From an uncultured delta proteobacterium (GTDB lineage: Bacteria; Desulfobacterota; Binatia; Bin18): 64,000 nucleotides of DNA. How positions within the stretch are numbered: the stretch's first letter is position 1; every line of letters begins with the position of its first letter. Position numbers and translations under genes: made by a program. Shown here piece after piece: positions 41,501 to 50,362 of the stretch. The notes below the pieces were generated by a model. That model saw only the letters and a program-made list of their open reading frames with translations. It had not been told where the DNA came from and did not search any database. The stretch spans positions 1 to 64,000 of the forward strand of contig CAVTCR010000058.1 of assembly GCA_963733195.1 (NCBI GenBank), read 5' to 3'.

Positions 41501-42036
41501 AGTGTATCTTGCGCGGTTTCGAGAATCAGAAGGTCTGCACCACCAAGTAGAAGACCCTCAGCCTGCTCAGCATACGCCTCACGCATCTGATCAAACGTTA
41601 CACCACCGGTGACAGAAATCGTTTTTGTCGTTGGCCCCATCGAGCCACAGACAAACCGCGGCTTATTGGGCGTGCTGTACCGTTGCGCTGCCTCTTTGGC
41701 AAGACGAGCCGCAGCTCGGTTGATTTCAAGCGCTTTGTCCTGCAGGCCAAATTCAGCAAGGACGATCCGAGTGGCTCCGAACGTGTCGGTTTCAATGATG
41801 TCAGAACCAGCGTGTAGGAAACCTTCGTGAATATCGGTGATAATTTGTGGACGTGTGAGAACGAGATATTCGTTACATCCATCGTACTGAGGGCCGCCAA
41901 AATCATCAACGTGCGGTTGGCAAGCTTGGATAGAGGTACCCATAGCGCCGTCGAACAACACGATACGCTCTCGCATGAGGGAGAGCAGATCCTTGGCGAT
42001 TGCAGAAGAAGGAAGGGTAGCTACTGGTTTTGCCAT
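38506..42036 (-). CDS. metH: Cobalamin-dependent methionine synthase
   Basis: FDGAMGT, GGCCGTTP, GERTN..GSRKF, ATVKGDVHDIGKNLV (B12 motif) and SFGYPACP. Confidence 0.97.
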   Translation of the reverse strand: MAKPVATLPSSAIAKDLLSLMRERIVLFDGAMGTSIQACQPHVDDFGGPQYDGCNEYLVLTRPQIITDIHEGFLHAGSDIIETDTFGATRIVLAEFGLQDKALEINRAAARLAKEAAQRYSTPNKPRFVCGSMGPTTKTISVTGGVTFDQMREAYAEQAEGLLLGGADLLILETAQDTLNIKSGIIGIHEAFQKTGVRVPVIISGTIETMGTTLAGQGIEALYVSLAHNDLLAIGLNCATGPDFMTDHIRTLSQISRFPVLCMPNAGLPDEEGRYNETPEMIATKLERFVDQGWVNTLGGCCGTTPEHLRLLAQMLDGKKPRMTQAPRRSVVAGLEPLTIEEDKRPVLVGERTNVIGSRKFKELIIAGAFEEGTEIGRRQVRGGAQVVDVCLADPDRDELADMTKFLDLLVKKIKAPLMIDSTDARVIEESLKRSQGKAIINSINLEDGEERFEKVVPLVRKYGAAVVVGCIDEDPVQGMAVTRKRKVEVAKRSYDLLTRKYGVPAEDLIFDPLVFPLGTGDQNYIGAGEETIEGVRLIKETFPECKTILGISNVSFGLPPAGREVLNSVFLYHCVKAGLDMAIVNSEKLERYASISEEERRLSEDLISWRGEDPIAAFAAHFRQKNTKEKIDTRKDLPLDERLARCIIEGSKDGLVDDLNEALKARKPLEVINGPLMTGMDEVGRLFNNNELIVAEVLQSAEAMKAAVGHLEQFMEKAADALKGSIILATVKGDVHDIGKNLVEIILGNNGYRVINLGIKVPPETLIEAYRTHKPDMIGLSGLLVKSAQQMVVTAQDLKTAGVSCPILVGGAALTARFTATKIAPEYEGLVCYANDAMNGLDLANQIVIPDKRAVLNEKIATDRKRLIEQVQKPAEATIIVEAASTPRVSSIAHGHEIPLPPDLRSHVLDDYDLEDVFAYINPTMLYGKHLGLKGNLETLLEQGDKKARDLDRLVRALEDEILAKKFLRARGVYKFFPANSAGDQILIYNSTGTEVIEAFHFPRQAHGESLCLSDFVAPQSSGKRDYVAMFTVTCGHGVRNLAEQYKQDGQYPKSHTLQAIAIEGAEAFAELLHRRLREMWGFPDSAELTMRERFKARYRGVRVSFGYPACPRLEDQTKLFKLLQVTETIGVELTEGFMMEPEASVSALVFHHPQAKYFSILEEELAAFEQSLAG

Positions 42037-42077
42037 AATCCGTAATCATACCGACCTGCTCGGCGAGAATAAAGAGC

Positions 42078-42107
42078 AAAAAAGGGGCGTTCATCGGAAC
42101 GCCCCTT
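42078..42107 (-). terminator. Rho-independent terminator
   Basis: Minus strand aaggggcgtt-ccgatg-aacgcccc-tttttt, after the glycine-zipper gene. Confidence 0.75.
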
Positions 42108-42143
42108 CATAAGGCCGGTAAGACGGAAAGAGTCTAGTGGGGA

Positions 42144-42518
42144 TTAGTAGGGGTTACGTCGGTCATAGTCGCGCGAATCATAGTCGTCATTATAACGATC
42201 TCTACGCAAGTCTTCCATCTCTCGCCGCTGTCGCTCAAGTTCGCGACGCTGTTCCTCAACCTCACGAGATTGAGTTTCTTGTCGTTGATACTGTCCTTCC
42301 ATCTGGTCGCCGAGAGCAGCTCCTCCGAGGGCTCCGATTCCTCCGCCGATTAACGCGCCGCGTCCTGGACGATCAAACGCACTGCCGATAAGAGCACCTG
42401 CGCCTGCGCCTAACACCCCACCAGTGAGAGTTGATCGCTCTCGTTGGGTTATTGGTGCGGAACATCCTCCAAGGAAGGCTACAAGGCTAAGTACGCTAAT
42501 CAATCGTTTCATGGACAT
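42144..42518 (-). CDS. Glycine-zipper lipoprotein with coiled-coil and Tyr/Asp/Arg tail
   Basis: Lipobox LGGC, then TQRERSTLTGGVLGAGAGALIG...GALIGGGIGALGG. Confidence 0.88.
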   Translation of the reverse strand: MSMKRLISVLSLVAFLGGCSAPITQRERSTLTGGVLGAGAGALIGSAFDRPGRGALIGGGIGALGGAALGDQMEGQYQRQETQSREVEEQRRELERQRREMEDLRRDRYNDDYDSRDYDRRNPY

Positions 42519-42571
42519 GTCCTCCTATTTCTATTTGAGACTGATTTGGCTTGAGTCAGCAGTTGTTTCCG

Positions 42572-43474
42572 TTAGTTCTCGATGACAACTTCCACGCGCC
42601 GGTTCTTGGCCCGACCAGAAGGGTTATCTGAACCGTTCACGTTCGTGTTGGGGGCAACCGGGTATTTTTCTCCATAACCGCGGGCTGTGAGATGGCTGTC
42701 GTCTACACCGTTGTACGCCAGTTCTTTGGCGACGGACTGGGCTCGTTTCTGTGATAACGCTTGATTGAAGGATTCACTGCCAATTGAGTCCGCGTGTCCT
42801 TCGATTGCCACACGACGGTTGCTGCCGCGCTTCTTGAGCACGTTGGCGATGTATGCCACCTTGTCTTGCGCGTCCACTGTTAAGTTGGCTTTTTTGTATT
42901 GAAAGAGAACGTCCGGCAAATTCACAACGACACCCCGTTCGGTCTCGCGGGCGTCCAACCGTTTGCGTTTGAGTTCTTCGATCAACTGACGGTTGCGAGC
43001 AATTTCCTGCCGCTGGTTTTCGAGTACGCTATCCTGTTGGTCGAGTGCAGTATCTTGGCCTTCGATTTGGCGACCCGCCATGTAGCCACCGAGAGCACCG
43101 AGACCGCCACCAATGAGAGCACCACGACCAGCTTTTCCTTTATGACTGCCAACGATCGCGCCACTGCCTGCGCCAAGAACAGCCCCGGCAATAGCTCCTG
43201 CCGTCGATTTGCTCATGCCAAAAGGAGTGCCATAAGCATTGGGAGAGCGTGAGCTGTACGGCGATTGTGAACGAGGTCAGGAGTGCGGTAGTACGACTGT
43301 TCTTCGCGTGTATTCTCTGTCGTAACGATCATAATCTTGATCTTGATAACGATCGTACGAACTGCGAGTTCCTCGGTCATAGTCGTAGCTTTGAGCAAAA
43401 GCAGGGACGGACGAGGTGAGCATAAAGCCCAAAGTCGCTGTTGATAGGTATTGCAGAGTGTATGAACGTTTCAT
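42572..43474 (-). CDS. Glycine-zipper plus OmpA-C protein with signal peptide and Tyr/Asp/Arg-rich N-extension (in-frame TGA at 43277-43279)
   Basis: SD AGGAGGAG precedes ATG 43474 (MKRSYTLQ...PAFAQ). The same frame continues past a TGA into GAIAGAVLGAGSG, NLPDVLF, IEGHADSIG and NRRVEVVIEN. Confidence 0.85.
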
Positions 43475-43530
43475 TGCCTTCTCTCCTCCTCCCGACAAGT
43501 GTCCCGATGTCGGCGAGATGTGATGAGAAA

Positions 43531-43555
43531 AACACTGCCGACAGGGAAAAGTTGC
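43531..43555 (-). promoter_or_regulatory. Putative ECF sigma promoter
   Basis: Minus strand gcaACTTTT-N10-AGTGTT; the same motif and spacing occur at 45574-45598. Confidence 0.45.
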
Positions 43556-43848
43556 TCTGCCAGGAGGGGGAATTGTGATCGGTTGGAAGAGGAAAGGCAG
43601 CTTTGTGACAGAGAAGAATGACGTTTTGTGTGTACTAAATCGAACCACACGACATTGTCACCCTGCTACCAAATCCTCATGCTTCGACTTCGCCCTGCGG
43701 GCTACGTTCAGGACGAGCGGGAAAATGCCCCACTGTGGGAGAGAGAGTGTACGAATCTTCTGTGGTTCGATTTAGGGAAGGGGACTTCGTAGAAAGAGAC
43801 AAGGGGCTGTAAGCCCCTTGTTTGTATGTCGAACAGCTGAGGGAAGAA

Positions 43849-44214
43849 CTATTCGTGCGGCTGTGAGCGCCAGCGTTTGTAGCGACGCGAGAAGTCTTCT
43901 TTCTGATCAGAGTTCATGTCACGATACCGACGATAGTTGCGCCGAAGCCGGTCCTGCTCTTCAGCGGGAAGCTGTTGCCACTGATTATAGCGCTCTTCCA
44001 GCGTACGCTGTCTCTCTGGGGGTAGTTTTTTAAAGCGATTATAATTGTCCAACGCGCGTGACCGTTCTTGGGGTGACAGTTCATACCAGTCTTGTCCAAT
44101 CAACTGAACGGTCGGGAGGCTTTGTGCCTGAGTTGGATGCTTCAGTGGCCACAGCGTGAGCGTTCCACCCACAAGTACGGTAGCAAGTGATATTTTCACG
44201 AACATAGATCTCAC
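43849..44214 (-). CDS. DUF3106-family periplasmic protein
   Basis: Signal-like N-terminus, then repeated W..L.P.E....R.Y..(F/W) units; third gene of the ECF operon. Confidence 0.8.
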   Translation of the reverse strand: MRSMFVKISLATVLVGGTLTLWPLKHPTQAQSLPTVQLIGQDWYELSPQERSRALDNYNRFKKLPPERQRTLEERYNQWQQLPAEEQDRLRRNYRRYRDMNSDQKEDFSRRYKRWRSQPHE

Positions 44215-44232
44215 TGCATGTTCCTCCCTTCC

Positions 44233-44964
44233 TTAGCCACGGCTCTTGTCGTCTCCATCTGGAGGAGCGTCGAGCACAGTCTCAAGGTTTTTCAATTCCT
44301 CCATCTTCCCCAACATTGGATAGTTGGCGAAGAAACCAGGCTTTTCCAACAAATCTGTGGGGATATCGCTTTCAGCAATGCTTACTGGAGGTTCCTCGGG
44401 AAGTTGCACCGCAGCGATCTCATCGAAGCGTGAGAATTTTTCCAGATCGCCGATTACACGATAGTCCACAAACAACCCCAGTTTCTCTTGTACCAGCGCA
44501 GGTATGTCTGTCGTTTTTTCTTCAGGCCCTGGTTTGAGAAGCGTATGTGCCTCTTCTTGTTGCGAATTATTCCCAGGGACTTGTCCGGTTTTCTCTGGAC
44601 CACGATCAGAAAGAATGTACCCGAAGAAGATGATAATGCTTGCTGCGCCAGCCAAGGCCGGAGCGAGTTGCCAACTAGCCAGAGATTCACGCCACTCGCG
44701 CCACCAGCGTGCGAAACGACTTTCCTGCGCAGGGACAACGTGGTTTTCTTGCTCTAGACGTTGCCAAAACGTAGCTGCAAAGTCTGGAGATGGAGTGACC
44801 CGCTCCACTTGTGTGATCAGAGTGTTAACGCGTGCGAACTGCGCGGCTTCCCGGCTGCAGGCCGAACACGTGCTAAGGTGTGCAGCAATCTGTACCCGGT
44901 CCTTCTCCGGTAATTCACCATCGCAGTAGGCGACTAATTCCTCTTGAATATCTTCACAGATCAT
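44233..44964 (-). CDS. Zinc-finger (zf-HC2) transmembrane anti-sigma factor
   Basis: MICEDIQEELVAYCDGEL...HLSTCSAC plus one TM helix; overlaps the sigma gene stop. Confidence 0.9.
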   Translation of the reverse strand: MICEDIQEELVAYCDGELPEKDRVQIAAHLSTCSACSREAAQFARVNTLITQVERVTPSPDFAATFWQRLEQENHVVPAQESRFARWWREWRESLASWQLAPALAGAASIIIFFGYILSDRGPEKTGQVPGNNSQQEEAHTLLKPGPEEKTTDIPALVQEKLGLFVDYRVIGDLEKFSRFDEIAAVQLPEEPPVSIAESDIPTDLLEKPGFFANYPMLGKMEELKNLETVLDAPPDGDDKSRG

Positions 44965-45571
44965 ACGAATCCACAATGTCTTTGAGTCCATCCTTGAGGC
45001 TCTGGGTCGCACGAAAGACGAGGCTTTTAACAGCTTTTTCCGTCACTCCGAGCACTTCTGCTACCTCCTGGTACGACAGACCCTCAAGTCGGCTCAAGGT
45101 TAAGGCGGTCCGTTGGGTCTCTGGGAGCCGCCGTAGAATTTTCGTTATTCTTGCTGACGTTTGCTTCGCCGCAAGAACATCCTCTCCTTTGCTTGGATGA
45201 GTATCGGGCAGTTCCCGTTCTCGTTCGTCTCCGTCGTTGTCTGCTTGGGGACTGATTGACTCCACGGTGACACGATACTCTCCTTTGCGGATCTCGTTCA
45301 AGCAGTGATTGTGGGCAATCTTAAACAACCACGTCGAGAACTTGGCCTTGGGTTCATAACGTTGTTGCCAGCGGTAAATCTGTAAAAAGACCTCCTGGGT
45401 AATTTCTTCGGCACGTGCACGATTACCGAGAAAGTGAAAGGCAAAATTGACCACGGGCGGAGTGTACTTCTGGAAGAGTTGCTGGAACGCCTCCTGACTT
45501 CCTTGCTGGAAGCGCAACATCAACTGCACATCCGGGTCTTCGTGTGGGGCAATCTGCTCTTTCTGTTCCAT
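44954..45571 (-). CDS. ECF sigma factor
   Basis: DVQLMLRFQQG..AFQQL, AEEITQEVF, FSTWLFKIAHN and LSYQEVAEVLG. Confidence 0.95.
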   Translation of the reverse strand: MEQKEQIAPHEDPDVQLMLRFQQGSQEAFQQLFQKYTPPVVNFAFHFLGNRARAEEITQEVFLQIYRWQQRYEPKAKFSTWLFKIAHNHCLNEIRKGEYRVTVESISPQADNDGDERERELPDTHPSKGEDVLAAKQTSARITKILRRLPETQRTALTLSRLEGLSYQEVAEVLGVTEKAVKSLVFRATQSLKDGLKDIVDSYDL

Positions 45572-45786
45572 TGAACACTCGTGGAGGCAAAAAGTCTCGC
45601 GTGGTCTAGGGGTTTGTGCTGATCGGCGGGGTAACCTTCGGCCTTGTTCAAGTCACCATACCGAGGAGAGCACGAAAAATGAAGAGACCCGGAGTTGTTG
45701 AAATATAGATTGTTCCGCGTGAGAAAAGGGGGATTGTCACAACTAGGAGCGGGCGCTAGGGACAGTGGAGGAGAAAGAGGACCTAT

Positions 45787-47403
45787 ATGCAACCATTGTT
45801 TGAAGAATCGCTAGAAGATCATCTTGGCCGTGTCGAACGGTATATGGACGGTTTTGAACTCCTCCGCTTTCCACGTGAACACAGTACGTTACGAACCGAG
45901 CTGGCTGCTTTTATCCGTGGTCACGTTGTAGCAGTAGTCGATCAGTGGGTTCAGTTACTTGCCCCTATCTTTTCACTTGCGGTTGAGCGGATTCCAGAGA
46001 CTCAACAGAATCAGCAGGACGCCTTGCTTCGTTGGGCGCGACATATCGAAAATCCCAATGACATAGAAACGTATGTTTATCTTCGTGAACACGCGCGACA
46101 CGGATTTATTTCCCATTCGCCACCGTCGCGGTTCCTGTCCGGCCAGATGAAGATTCGTGACTTATTCGTAGAACGATTACGAGAAACGTACGCGAAAGAT
46201 CGCAAACGCTTGGTGGAGCTGATCAACCTTTTGGACCAGGAATTCTCTGAACGGATACTGCACATCACCGATTTCTTTGTTGAGGCACGGGAAGAAGCTC
46301 TACGCGATGAAGAGGAAACTCATCGCAAAGCTGTCGACAACTCTCCGGCTCCCATTTTCAGTATCAGTTGTCAGGATGGTGCAATTCTCCACGCCAACCG
46401 CGAGGCCGAGAAGACGACCGGATTTTCACGAGAACAATTGGAGGGGAGACCTATCTGGGAGTTACATCCTCTTGAGGAAAGAGAAGAAGTACGTCAGCTG
46501 TACCTGCAGACCAATAGTCATGGGTATCTGAGCCGTGAAAACCTCCGCATGCTGACGCATGACGAGGGAGTCGTGCCAGTCTCAGTGTATTTTGGCTGTA
46601 TCGAGCATCGCGGGCGAAAAACCATCCAGGGTATCTATCTTAATGTGACAGAACGAAAGCGGCTGGAGAGTCAGCTCATCCAATCAGAGAAAATGGCGGC
46701 CATTGGGCAGCTTGCCGCTGGGATCGCGCACGAGTTACGGAATCCATTGGGCATTATTATGAATGCTCTTTATGATCTCAGCGAGATTATTCAGACTGAT
46801 AACCTCGAAGTGCGTGAGGATCTCAAAATTGCCAAAGACGAAATCGTTCGTGCCCAGGATATTATCAAAAATCTTTTGGAGTTTTCCCACGAGAGTAGGG
46901 CAGAGATGGAAGAGGTCAATCTGAACGACCTCTTGCGCAAGACCTTGCAGCTCATGGGCAAGTATCTACAGACGAATAATGTGAAAGTCGTTCCTGCATT
47001 GGGAAAAATTGGCACCTGTACAGCAAATCAGAACGCCTTGCGACAGGTCTTTTTGAATCTGATCACCAACGCAGTGCAGGCTATGCCCCACGGTGGAGAG
47101 TTGCGGATTCGCACCCAACGAGACACTGACAACCGTGTGATTCTCACCTTTCAAGATACGGGGTTAGGCATTGCTGAAGACCAGGTGCATCGGATTTTTG
47201 ATCCTTTCTTTACGACGAAAGAACCTGGTCAGGGAACTGGTTTAGGGCTTTCGGTCGTTCACTCGGTGCTGAAACGCTACAACGGTAACATCACCGTACA
47301 CAGCAAGGTAGGTGAAGGTTCTACCTTTTTGATTGAATTGCCGTGTCCATGCGCGACGGAGAAACGTCGCAAAGAGAAGCGCGTGAGCGAAGCCCGTACC
47401 TAA
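45787..47403 (+). CDS. Cytoplasmic PAS sensor histidine kinase with an all-helical (RsbRD/globin-like) N-domain
   Basis: PAS domain (NREAEKTTGFSREQLEG), H-box AHELRNP, NLITNA, DTGLGI, FFTTK and GTGLGLS; no TM segment. Confidence 0.9.
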   Translation: MQPLFEESLEDHLGRVERYMDGFELLRFPREHSTLRTELAAFIRGHVVAVVDQWVQLLAPIFSLAVERIPETQQNQQDALLRWARHIENPNDIETYVYLREHARHGFISHSPPSRFLSGQMKIRDLFVERLRETYAKDRKRLVELINLLDQEFSERILHITDFFVEAREEALRDEEETHRKAVDNSPAPIFSISCQDGAILHANREAEKTTGFSREQLEGRPIWELHPLEEREEVRQLYLQTNSHGYLSRENLRMLTHDEGVVPVSVYFGCIEHRGRKTIQGIYLNVTERKRLESQLIQSEKMAAIGQLAAGIAHELRNPLGIIMNALYDLSEIIQTDNLEVREDLKIAKDEIVRAQDIIKNLLEFSHESRAEMEEVNLNDLLRKTLQLMGKYLQTNNVKVVPALGKIGTCTANQNALRQVFLNLITNAVQAMPHGGELRIRTQRDTDNRVILTFQDTGLGIAEDQVHRIFDPFFTTKEPGQGTGLGLSVVHSVLKRYNGNITVHSKVGEGSTFLIELPCPCATEKRRKEKRVSEART

Positions 47404-47424
47404 TGTTGCCAGAGGAGGTGCACG

Positions 47425-48789
47425 ATGGTGGCGCGTGTCCTACTGGTTGACGATGAGATCAACATGGCCAAAACGCAGGCAAAGATCCTGCAACGGAAGG
47501 GCTACGTGGTTGAGACCGCGAGTAATGGGCGTGATGCCCTCCGCGTTCTTGGAGAAACCCCCTTTGATGTGGTGATCACTGATCTCAAGATGCCAACCAT
47601 GGATGGGATGCAACTGCTGCGTGAGATGAACGTCAAAGAGCGTGGTTGTGCGGTGATTGTACTCACCGGGCATGGCACCATCGAGAGTGCCGTAGAAGCT
47701 ATGCAACGCGGTGCAGCAGACTATCTGACAAAGCCGTGCAATCCAGAGGAGCTGTTGCTGAAGGTAGACAAACTGCTTGAAACTAAACGGCTACGCGAGG
47801 AAGTTGAGCAACTCCGACGTGAAATGCGCGCCTTCAAAAAGTTTGGTGAGCTTATTGGACAAAGTCCAGGAATGCGGAACATCTACCTCCTTATTGCCGC
47901 AGTCAGTGAAAATAAAAGTACGGTGCTGGTGACTGGCGAGAGTGGGACAGGAAAAGAGCTGGTCGCTCGAACGATTCATCGCCAAGCACCGTGGGCAGAC
48001 CGTCCCTTCGTCGCCATTAACTGTGGTGCGATGTCCGAGACGTTACTTGACAGCCAACTCTTTGGGCATCGGCGAGGAGCGTTTACTGGGGCCATTGCGG
48101 ATCACAATGGCGTCTTTCAAACGGCCAATGGGGGTACGCTCTTTCTTGACGAAATCTCGGAAATTCCTCTCTCTCTGCAAGTGAAGTTCTTGCGGGCGAT
48201 TCAAGAAAAAGAAGTCACCCCACTCGGGTCGAGCCGGCCAGTCAAGGTTGACGTCCGCATCATTGCTGCGAGCAATCGTGATTTAGAGGACGCAGTTCGC
48301 AGAGGAACATTTCGTGACGATCTGTTCTATCGGCTCAATGTCGTGCCGATTCATCTCCCGCCGCTGCGTGAACGACGGGAAGACATTCCACTCTTGATTG
48401 AGCATTTTGTCAGTACCTTCAGTACCGAATACAAAGTTGAGCCAAAAAAGATCGCTCCAGAAGCAATGGAGAAACTCAACGCCTACCCCTGGCCTGGCAA
48501 TATTCGTGAACTGCAAAATATGATCGAGCGGATGTTTGCGCTCTCGCGCAGCAGTGAGATCACGCTTTCTGATCTTCCGGGATTGATTGCTGGGTTTGAA
48601 GAGAAACCCCTGCAATTCCACGATCGAGCAGAATTGCCCACTCTAGAAGAGATGGAACGGTCACTCATTTTTGCTGCGCTGCAGAAGAGTCATGGCAACA
48701 AGAATGAGGCTGCACGGCTGCTCGCCATCGACCGTCAACGCTTGTACCGCAAAATTGATAAGTACGGGCTGGAAAACCTCTCTCTCTAG
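47425..48789 (+). CDS. Sigma54-dependent response regulator (NtrC/AtoC family)
   Basis: REC domain, [22 protein letters not shown] and HTH; follows the kinase. Confidence 0.95.
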   Translation: MVARVLLVDDEINMAKTQAKILQRKGYVVETASNGRDALRVLGETPFDVVITDLKMPTMDGMQLLREMNVKERGCAVIVLTGHGTIESAVEAMQRGAADYLTKPCNPEELLLKVDKLLETKRLREEVEQLRREMRAFKKFGELIGQSPGMRNIYLLIAAVSENKSTVLVTGESGTGKELVARTIHRQAPWADRPFVAINCGAMSETLLDSQLFGHRRGAFTGAIADHNGVFQTANGGTLFLDEISEIPLSLQVKFLRAIQEKEVTPLGSSRPVKVDVRIIAASNRDLEDAVRRGTFRDDLFYRLNVVPIHLPPLRERREDIPLLIEHFVSTFSTEYKVEPKKIAPEAMEKLNAYPWPGNIRELQNMIERMFALSRSSEITLSDLPGLIAGFEEKPLQFHDRAELPTLEEMERSLIFAALQKSHGNKNEAARLLAIDRQRLYRKIDKYGLENLSL

Positions 48790-48932
48790 AACAGGCTGTC
48801 TTTCGCAACGTCCCTCACTCTCGCCCTTGTTTTCTCTTGACAAACCCTCATGCACTCAGCAGACAATGCCGGATGACTTTTGGGGGAAGAGTGCATTTCG
48901 TTTTCTCCCACTTACAATAAGGAGGGCTTAGC

Positions 48933-50066
48933 ATGCGGATAATTTCAGCGGATTCTCATATGATGGAACCTCCTGCGCTGTGGCAGGAACGGCTCGATAA
49001 CAAATACAAGGATCGGGCGCCGAAGGTCATTCAAGATTTCGAGGGTAAGAAAGGCTACTTTTTTGTCGTGGAAGGAATCCGGCCCTTTCCCGTTGCTGGG
49101 GGGTTCTCTGCCGGTAATAAACCGGAAGACATGCCCAAAGCCTGGGAGAAAGGCTACGAAGGCGCCCGACCAAGCGGATGGGATCCGGTCGAACGACTTA
49201 AGGACCAGGACATCGACGGCGTAGAAGCCGAAGTGCTGTACACCACGCTAGGGATGTCCCTCTTCGGTCTCGATGATGCCGGTTTTCAACAGGCGTGTTT
49301 TGCGGCTTACAACGATTGGGTAGCCGAATTTTGCAGTCACAGTCCCAAGCGGCTTTTTGGTATTGCGCTGATTTCACTCGAAGATATTCAGGCTGGCGTG
49401 AAAGAGCTGGAACGCTGCGCAAAGAAAGGTATGCGCGGGGCGATGATCTGGGGATCACCGCCGCGAGAACATCCCTACAGCAGTGATGAGTACGATCCGT
49501 TCTGGGCCGCTGCTCAGGATCTCCACATGCCGATCAGTCTTCACGTTGTTACCAGCAAAAAAGGGAATCAAGAACGAAAAGCGATTGAAGGAGAGGAGAA
49601 GCCACGCCGACGACGGCAGACGGGGACAGAGGTCGGCTACATGAAGCTGATTCACGAGGTGCAGCAGTCGATTACTGACATTATCTTCGGCGGTGTGCTT
49701 GAGCGTTTCCCAAAGCTCATCATTGTGTCGGCCGAGAATGATACTGGCTGGTTACCGCACTACATGTATCGAGCCGACCACGCCTGGGAGAAATTCCGCT
49801 TCTTCAACAAAGCGCCGCTGCCGATGGCGCCAAGTGCATACATCAAACGGAACCTGTACGCCACGTTCCAAGATGATCCGATCGGCCCCTCGACGTGGGA
49901 GTATTTTGGCGAGAATAATTACATGTGGGCATCAGATTTCCCGCATACCGATTCGACTTGGCCGAATTCACTTGAGGTGATTAAGAAAGACTTCGCCAAA
50001 GTCCCGCCGGAAGTGACGCAGAAGATCGTGTTCGATAACGCGGTCAAGCTGTATCGTATGGCGTAA
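48933..50066 (+). CDS. Amidohydrolase 2 family protein
   Basis: IISADSH..EP, DQDIDGVEAEVLY, AYNDW and WASDFPHTDSTWP. Confidence 0.92.
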   Translation: MRIISADSHMMEPPALWQERLDNKYKDRAPKVIQDFEGKKGYFFVVEGIRPFPVAGGFSAGNKPEDMPKAWEKGYEGARPSGWDPVERLKDQDIDGVEAEVLYTTLGMSLFGLDDAGFQQACFAAYNDWVAEFCSHSPKRLFGIALISLEDIQAGVKELERCAKKGMRGAMIWGSPPREHPYSSDEYDPFWAAAQDLHMPISLHVVTSKKGNQERKAIEGEEKPRRRRQTGTEVGYMKLIHEVQQSITDIIFGGVLERFPKLIIVSAENDTGWLPHYMYRADHAWEKFRFFNKAPLPMAPSAYIKRNLYATFQDDPIGPSTWEYFGENNYMWASDFPHTDSTWPNSLEVIKKDFAKVPPEVTQKIVFDNAVKLYRMA

Positions 50067-50099
50067 AATAAAATTCGCTTGAGTTTGTCTAGGTATTAC

Positions 50100-50143
50100 T
50101 CTGTGCTGCCCTCTCTCACTGGGGGGGCTTTGCCTAATAAGTC
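50100..50143 (+). repeat. Left arm of a ~45-bp inverted repeat
   Basis: tctgtgctgccctctctcactgggggggctttgcctaataagtc versus the reverse complement of 51871-51912, tctgtgctgccctctcccagtgggtgctttgcctaataagtc. Confidence 0.85.
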
Positions 50144-50362
50144 TCGTTTGCCCAAAAAGTCAGAGGGTTGCCTAATAAGTCGGGAATCCTCTTCTCACAA
50201 TCTACCTTATCATAGGGTAGTGGATCATTCCCCTGACCCTTACGTCACCTCTCGTTTTGCATATTGGTAGAGAAAATAATTTTCACCAATGTCAATTTCT
50301 GTTGACTAATTTGCATATTGGCTTACGGTGAATATGTTTCCAATGTGCGAAATTTTTAATAT

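Noticed and set aside
42037-42143. SAM/cobalamin riboswitch upstream of metH
   Set aside because: Only about 40 nt lie between the upstream terminator and the ATG, with no riboswitch consensus.
43277-43279. Selenocysteine or programmed read-through at TGA
   Set aside because: Low-complexity, non-catalytic context with no evident SECIS; compensating sequencing indels explain it better.
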